NCBI RefSeq assembly: GCF_024502345.1 | Contig: NZ_JALDNN010000001.1 | Source of the DNA: Escherichia coli | GTDB lineage: Bacteria; Pseudomonadota; Gammaproteobacteria; Enterobacterales; Enterobacteriaceae | Direction: 5' to 3' (one strand) | Length of the DNA: 64,000 bases | In this document: in pieces, positions 58,777 to 64,000 of the stretch | Position numbering within the stretch: position 1 is the stretch's first letter | Layout: every line of letters starts with the position of its first letter | The notes under the pieces: model-generated | Seen by the model: only the letters and a program-made list of their open reading frames with translations | The model's database searches: none | What the model was told of the DNA's origin: nothing | Program-made: the position numbers and the translations under genes

Positions 58777-59232
58777 TTATTCGCTACGGCGGGCAATAAT
58801 TTTTAGCGCAGCAATATTATGCGTTTTACGCCGTAACTGATCGAATCGTCTCATCCCTATTCGCCTGTCAGCAGCACGCAGAATATTCACTAACCCCCAT
58901 TTATCGCTGGTAAATTGTTTTGTTAACAGCTCCGCTTTTGGGGTATCAATATATTCACGCAATAAATCAGAAATTGAACAAATATCCGTCAGGTAAGGAT
59001 ACCAGCAAGTTTCACCGTGAAAATTACGCACTCCACCGTTACCTGCAATAAAGTCTTTCGGGTAATCCCAGATCACGTTTTTATCCAACGTGATCCAATA
59101 ACGCGGTAAATCGGTGCTTCCACCATTTAGGCTGCGCATGGGGTAACGGGTACAGTGAATTTGCAGGTTGATCGTTGGCGTCAGTAAGTCATAGATCTCC
59201 CGCTGTAACTTGCTCCAGGGGCGTTGTGTCAT
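58777..59232 (-). CDS. hypothetical protein, 151 aa (ykiA-region ORF)
   Basis: ATG at 59230-59232 preceded by GAGGA; overlaps the upstream ORF stop as ATGA. Function not recognised. Confidence 0.55.
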   Translation of the reverse strand: MTQRPWSKLQREIYDLLTPTINLQIHCTRYPMRSLNGGSTDLPRYWITLDKNVIWDYPKDFIAGNGGVRNFHGETCWYPYLTDICSISDLLREYIDTPKAELLTKQFTSDKWGLVNILRAADRRIGMRRFDQLRRKTHNIAALKIIARRSE

Positions 59233-59579
59233 TGTTTTTCCTCAAGCCGGTGACGCGCTTCACTGCGAATTTTCCGCATTGCCCCGGTTTTCACTAAATC
59301 CCGTAACAGCGAAAGATCGGGTTGTTCGACAAATAAGAGTAATGATGGATCCTCTTTTAACCACGTCGTTTTCACATCGGCAGCGAGCTGTGGATTATTC
59401 ATAGCTAGCGACCGATGCCGAGACTCGGTCAATGTCGTTAACAACGACGCCGGGGTATGTGCGTTGCGTAATGCCGTTTGGCGCAAATGATCATTGCGAC
59501 TTTGCAGCAATGCACGCCACCATTCATCATCTGATTTATCTTTTATCGTAGCCAGTTCCGCAACAATATCTGGAGATCT
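59229..59579 (-). other. start-less open frame (at least 116 codons) upstream of and coupled to the 151-aa ORF; possible gene remnant
   Basis: Frame is open from the stop at 59580-59582 to TGA at 59229-59231 with no in-frame ATG or GTG; the only candidate start is TTG at 59508-59510; leucine-rich helical-repeat-like sequence. Confidence 0.35.
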
Positions 59580-59717
59580 TCACTGATATTTATATCAACC
59601 TTGATAAATTATGAATATATCGGAAATTGAAAAAATCGCAGCAAAGGAAATATTATTATGGGTTAAAGAAAGGATATTTCAGAAAAATGCCCTCCCGTTC
59701 AAGGGGAAGGCGAGGAA

Positions 59718-60002
59718 TTACAGATAGCGGCACAGATAAGAGGTGGGTTCGGCAACTTGCAGATGAAACTCACTGTGACCGGGAACATTAAACACCGAAC
59801 CGGCTTCATACACCTGCCAGTCGGTCGCGTCAGGCAGTAACACATTCAGCGCGCCACTGATTACCGTCATCTCTTCCGGCTCAGCGGTGCTGAAGGTGTA
59901 TTCGCCTTCAACCATAACACCCACGCTGGCGCGACCAGTGCTGCTGCTGGAAAAGCCGATTGATTTCACTTTGCCGGAAAAGTACTCATTACTTTGAAGC
60001 AT
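59718..60002 (-). CDS. ppnP: pyrimidine/purine nucleoside phosphorylase PpnP (YaiE)
   Basis: 94 aa [20 protein letters not shown], cupin-like. Confidence 0.93.
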
Positions 60003-60073
60003 AAACTGGCCCTGTCTGGTAGTTGAACATCTACTTCACTATAGGGGCCAGAGGCGCTGGCTGTCACGCAAAA

Positions 60074-60751
60074 TTACACCAGTAATTCCGCAGCCAGCCG
60101 TGCAATCAATACGTTAGACAGCAAGACAGGAACATCGAGCTGTTTTTGCAGTAAATCGCGATGACGTTGGTGAAATCCTAAACAATCCAGCATGATGACA
60201 TCAGCCCCTTTTGCCAGTAATTCTTTCCCGGCATCAATGATTTTTTGTTCTGAATCATGAATGGGGTTACCCAATGAAAATACCGGCGATTTCTGCAAAA
60301 TTTGCCATTTTTGCGCCTGAACGGTCAGCATCTCCTCAACCGGTACGATAACCCCCACCTGATGATCTTCAACAATAGAGGAAACCAGCGGTGGCAATAT
60401 CCGCGACGGCTCAAGAAAGATCGTATTACGCGCAGTCATACTACTAATGTTTGCCGTACTCATTAATATAATGACGTCATAACCCTGATTATCGAGCACT
60501 TCAACCACACCTTGCAGGTCACGCTCTACTTTGCGACGCGAAACATGGGCCAGATGGTTGTCATTTAATAATGTGAGAATTGTGTCTTCGCCTGCTTCTG
60601 GCGCGTACTCCGCCATCACTTCTTCGCGGCTTAACTTCCCCAGCAGGCTATGATGGGAAATATTATCTTCGTCAATGTATTCTGTCAGGAGCGGCAAAAC
60701 TTCCTGCATAGGTACAATGCCGATGGTCAGGATCGCCAACGACGCACTCAT
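60074..60751 (-). CDS. aroM: AroM protein
   Basis: 225 aa ORF at the end of the aroL-yaiA-aroM cluster. Confidence 0.9.
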   Translation of the reverse strand: MSASLAILTIGIVPMQEVLPLLTEYIDEDNISHHSLLGKLSREEVMAEYAPEAGEDTILTLLNDNHLAHVSRRKVERDLQGVVEVLDNQGYDVIILMSTANISSMTARNTIFLEPSRILPPLVSSIVEDHQVGVIVPVEEMLTVQAQKWQILQKSPVFSLGNPIHDSEQKIIDAGKELLAKGADVIMLDCLGFHQRHRDLLQKQLDVPVLLSNVLIARLAAELLV

Positions 60752-61008
60752 TGTTCTTCCACCTTACTTTTATTTCGTCGTTAATTACCGGGCAAGTGTT
60801 AAGCACCACTGCTGACACTTACTTGTGCTACAAATGACAAAAAGCGTAGCAGCAGACGTGCACGGCATAATGTAAAGATTCCAAATGATTCCAGTAATGG
60901 ATTGTTATTGTTTAATATTCTAATTATTTGAAAAACATGAATTATGAAAAATGTGACGCAGATCCCTTGTAGTGGCACTCAGAATCCCTTCCGAGCAGTC
61001 TGATGCGG

Positions 61009-61209
<201 letters not shown>

Positions 61210-61249
61210 TTATTTCACGGGATGAACGTTAAGTATAGGCGCTCGAAAA

Positions 61250-61774
61250 TCAACAATTGATCGTCTGTGCCAGGGCGCTGCGAATTTCAGAAATCACCTG
61301 GCTGGGTTCGTTTGTTGCGTCGATGATAATATGCGCAACTTCGCGATATAGCGCATCGCGTTCTTCCAGCACTTCCTGAACTTCTTCGCTCAGCGGTTTT
61401 CCCGTTAAGGTTGGCCGTAAATCTTCTTCCGGTGCAGCTTGCAGTCGGTTAACCAGGACTGATACTGGCGCACACAAATAAACCACGATCCCGTTATTTT
61501 GCATGAAGTGACGATTAAATTCCGTCAGAATAATGCCGCCGCCTGTAGCGATAACGGTGGATGGCGCAGTTACCGCTTCCAGCGCCGCCGTTTCTCTGGC
61601 TCGGAATCCCGCCCACTCTTCCCTTTCGACGATCTCCGCGACCGTCATATTGAGCTGTGATTGCAACCACTGATCGGTATCGACAAACCGACGGTTAAGC
61701 GAATCGGCAAGGGCCATTCCGACCGTTGTTTTACCACAGCCCCGAGGCCCGATCAGAAAAAGAGGTTGTGTCAT
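61250..61774 (-). CDS. aroL: shikimate kinase II
   Basis: 174 aa [26 protein letters not shown] with P-loop. Confidence 0.97.
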
Positions 61775-61839
61775 CGTGGGTTTTCCCCAATAGGTCGCAA
61801 TGCGGCGAAAGCCGGTGTCATGAGAATAGCGATCATACC

Positions 61840-61856
61840 ATCAAACTAGTACAATT
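61840..61856 (-). promoter_or_regulatory. aroL: TrpR operator-like half-site (AACTAGTAC) in the aroL leader
   Basis: caaactagtacaattt resembles the trp operator half-site. Confidence 0.3.
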
Positions 61857-61937
61857 TCGATTGTAAAGAAAAAATTCCACTTAAAGTGAAAATCTCAATA
61901 CATCCCTTACTATACCAATAAATATTCAAGAATGAAG

Positions 61938-61955
61938 TGTAAATAATAAATTACA
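61938..61955 (-). promoter_or_regulatory. aroL: TyrR-box-like motif TGTAAATAATAAATTACA upstream of aroL
   Basis: Close to TGTAAA-N6-TTTACA; aroL is TyrR/TrpR regulated. Confidence 0.4.
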
Positions 61956-61956
61956 T

Positions 61957-62415
61957 TTAGCCACGACTACGTTGCACTTCCAGCCACCACTTCTCCAGCT
62001 CCGCGGCAAATGCCTGGCGGTCACGTTGTGAAAGGCTATCTGGTCCGCCAGTCTGGATCCCACTGGCACGTAAGGTATCCATAAAATCGCGCATCGTCAG
62101 GCGCTCACGAATGGTCGCTGGCGTGTAACGTTCACCGCGCGGATTAAGCGCCGCAGCGCCTTTCTCGATGGCTTCAGCAGCCAAAGGTATATCTGCGGTG
62201 ATCACCAAATCGCCCGCTTCACACTGCCGGACAATTTCGTTATCGGCAACGTCGAAACCTGCCGCGACGCGCAGCGTACGAATAAATCGCGATGGCGGCA
62301 CGCGTAAACTCTGGTTTGCTACCAGTACCAGCGGCATCTGCATACGTTCCGCCGCGCGATACAAAATCTCTTTAATTACATTGGGACACGCGTCGGCGTC
62401 CACCCAAATTGTCAT
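61957..62415 (-). CDS. yaiI: UPF0178 protein YaiI
   Basis: ORF track 61957..62535; start placed at [12 protein letters not shown] for 152 aa. Confidence 0.85.
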   Translation of the reverse strand: MTIWVDADACPNVIKEILYRAAERMQMPLVLVANQSLRVPPSRFIRTLRVAAGFDVADNEIVRQCEAGDLVITADIPLAAEAIEKGAAALNPRGERYTPATIRERLTMRDFMDTLRASGIQTGGPDSLSQRDRQAFAAELEKWWLEVQRSRG

Positions 62416-62534
62416 AAAGTCATCCTTTGTTGGGTAATCCTCTATTGTGTCGCGCTTTTGCCTTCCGGCATAGTTCTGTTTATGCTTCTGCCAGCGATTA
62501 TCAAAACAATGAATTTCACGGCAGGAGTGAGGCA

Positions 62535-63344
62535 ATGGAAAAGAAAATCGGTTTTATTGGCTGCGGCAATATGGGAAAAGCCATTCTCGGCGGTCTGATT
62601 GCCAGCGGTCAGGTGCTTCCAGGGCAAATCTGGGTATATACCCCCTCCCCGGATAAAGTCGCCGCCCTGCATGACCAGTTCGGCATCAACGCCGCAGAAT
62701 CGGCGCAAGAAGTGGCGCAAATCGCCGACATCATTTTTGCTGCCGTTAAACCTGGCATCATGATTAAAGTGCTTAGCGAAATCACCTCCAGCCTGAATAA
62801 AGACTCTCTGGTCGTTTCTATTGCTGCAGGTGTCACGCTCGACCAGCTTGCCCGCGCGCTGGGCCATGACCGGAAAATTATCCGCGCCATGCCGAACACT
62901 CCCGCGCTGGTTAATGCCGGGATGACCTCGGTAACGCCAAACGCGCTGGTAACCCCAGAAGATACCGCTGATGTGCTGAATATTTTCCGCTGCTTTGGCG
63001 AAGCGGAAGTAATTGCTGAGCCGATGCTCCACCCGGTGGTCGGTGTGAGCGGTTCTTCGCCAGCCTACGTATTTATGTTTATCGAAGCGATGGCCGACGC
63101 CGCCGTGCTGGGCGGGATGCCACGCGCCCAGGCGTATAAATTTGCCGCTCAGGCAGTAATGGGTTCCGCAAAAATGGTGCTGGAAACGGGAGAACATCCG
63201 GGGGCACTGAAAGATATGGTCTGCTCACCGGGAGGCACCACCATTGAAGCGGTACGCGTACTGGAAGAGAAAGGCTTCCGTGCTGCAGTGATCGAAGCGA
63301 TGACGAAGTGTATGGAAAAATCAGAAAAACTCAGCAAATCCTGA
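62535..63344 (+). CDS. proC: pyrroline-5-carboxylate reductase
   Basis: ORF track 62427..63344; start placed at [21 protein letters not shown] for 269 aa. Confidence 0.96.
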   Translation: MEKKIGFIGCGNMGKAILGGLIASGQVLPGQIWVYTPSPDKVAALHDQFGINAAESAQEVAQIADIIFAAVKPGIMIKVLSEITSSLNKDSLVVSIAAGVTLDQLARALGHDRKIIRAMPNTPALVNAGMTSVTPNALVTPEDTADVLNIFRCFGEAEVIAEPMLHPVVGVSGSSPAYVFMFIEAMADAAVLGGMPRAQAYKFAAQAVMGSAKMVLETGEHPGALKDMVCSPGGTTIEAVRVLEEKGFRAAVIEAMTKCMEKSEKLSKS

Positions 63345-63360
63345 TGACTTTCGCCGGACG

Positions 63361-64000
63361 TCAGGCCGCCACTTCGGTGCGGTTACGTCCGGCTTTCTTT
63401 GCTTTGTAAAGCGCCAAATCTGCCGATTTCAACCACTCACGATAGTGACTCATTTGTGGGTTCAGCGGCGCAACCCCCACACTAATCCGTAAAGTTACCT
63501 GTGGCGTATTCGGCAAACGTAATGTATTTAGCCCTTCATGCACCCGTAACATGGCGGTAATGGCGCTCTCAGCTGGCGTACCGGACATGATTACTGCAAA
63601 CTCATCGCCGCCAAACCGACCAATCACATCGCTACCGCGCAGGGTAATTTGTAACTGTCGGGTAAGCGCCACAATCGCTTCATCGCCCACATCATGGCCC
63701 CAGGTATCGTTGATGCTCTTGAAATGGTCGATATCGATAATCAGTAACGTTGCATCGCGATTATGCCGCCGACAGTTATCAAATTCATTGCGTAACATAG
63801 TTTCCCAATGACGTCGGTTATACACGCCCGTCATGCCGTCGCGGGTACTCATGACCTGCAACCTGCGTTTATGTTCCGCCAGTTTGGTTGCCGTCTGGTA
63901 GCTGACCCAGCCAAACAGCAGAGGATAAATGACAATAATGGGAAGGGAGAGCCACCATTCCAGCGGCGCACTATTGAACGACACGGTAATGCCCGTCAGC
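63361..64000 (-). CDS. dgcC: diguanylate cyclase DgcC (AdrA/YaiC), C-terminal GGDEF part; 5' end beyond window
   Basis: Frame open to the window end; GGDEF motif RFGGDEF and membrane-spanning upstream segment. Confidence 0.88.
   Translation of the reverse strand, partial: LTGITVSFNSAPLEWWLSLPIIVIYPLLFGWVSYQTATKLAEHKRRLQVMSTRDGMTGVYNRRHWETMLRNEFDNCRRHNRDATLLIIDIDHFKSINDTWGHDVGDEAIVALTRQLQITLRGSDVIGRFGGDEFAVIMSGTPAESAITAMLRVHEGLNTLRLPNTPQVTLRISVGVAPLNPQMSHYREWLKSADLALYKAKKAGRNRTEVAA

Noticed and set aside
59612-59725. Small plus-strand ORF ([38 protein letters not shown]) in the AT-rich spacer upstream of the ykiA-region ORFs
   Set aside because: No Shine-Dalgarno, overlaps the ppnP terminator and 3' end, AT-rich codon usage; probably non-coding.
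60030-60048. T7-promoter-like core TTCACTATAGGGG in the ppnP-aroM spacer
   Set aside because: Only the -9 to +3 core matches; the upstream TAATACGAC recognition half is absent, so this is most likely a chance match and not an engineered T7 promoter.

Overview
This window reads as conserved core Escherichia coli K-12-type chromosome, collinear with the cof to dgcC (adrA) segment and reverse-complemented relative to the usual K-12 orientation. I recognise about 60 genes by protein sequence and gene order: cof, ybaE, queC, fadM, ybaV, ppiD, hupB, lon, clpX, clpP, tig, bolA, yajG, ampG, cyoABCDE, yajR, yajQ, panE, yajL, thiI, xseB, ispA, dxs, yajO, pgpA, thiL, nusB, ribE, ribD, nrdR, yajI, tsx, yajD, secF, secD, yajC, tgt, queA, acpH, malZ, proY, brnQ, phoR, phoB, sbcD, sbcC, araJ, mak, rdgC, a ykiA-region ORF pair, ppnP, aroM, yaiA, aroL, yaiI, proC and partial dgcC. 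I see no prophage, insertion sequence, CRISPR array, tRNA or rRNA, and no accessory island or novel multi-gene system. The main oddity is an in-frame TAG at 37125-37127 that truncates yajD after codon 60 while the downstream frame stays open and protein-like to the expected 115-codon end. Lesser observations are a translationally coupled ORF pair between rdgC and ppnP whose upstream member has no canonical start, an 18-bp perfect inverted repeat between yajQ and panE, direct repeats upstream of brnQ, and palindromes in the cyo control region. All identifications rest on reading the six-frame translations and recalled E. coli biology; no database search was run.
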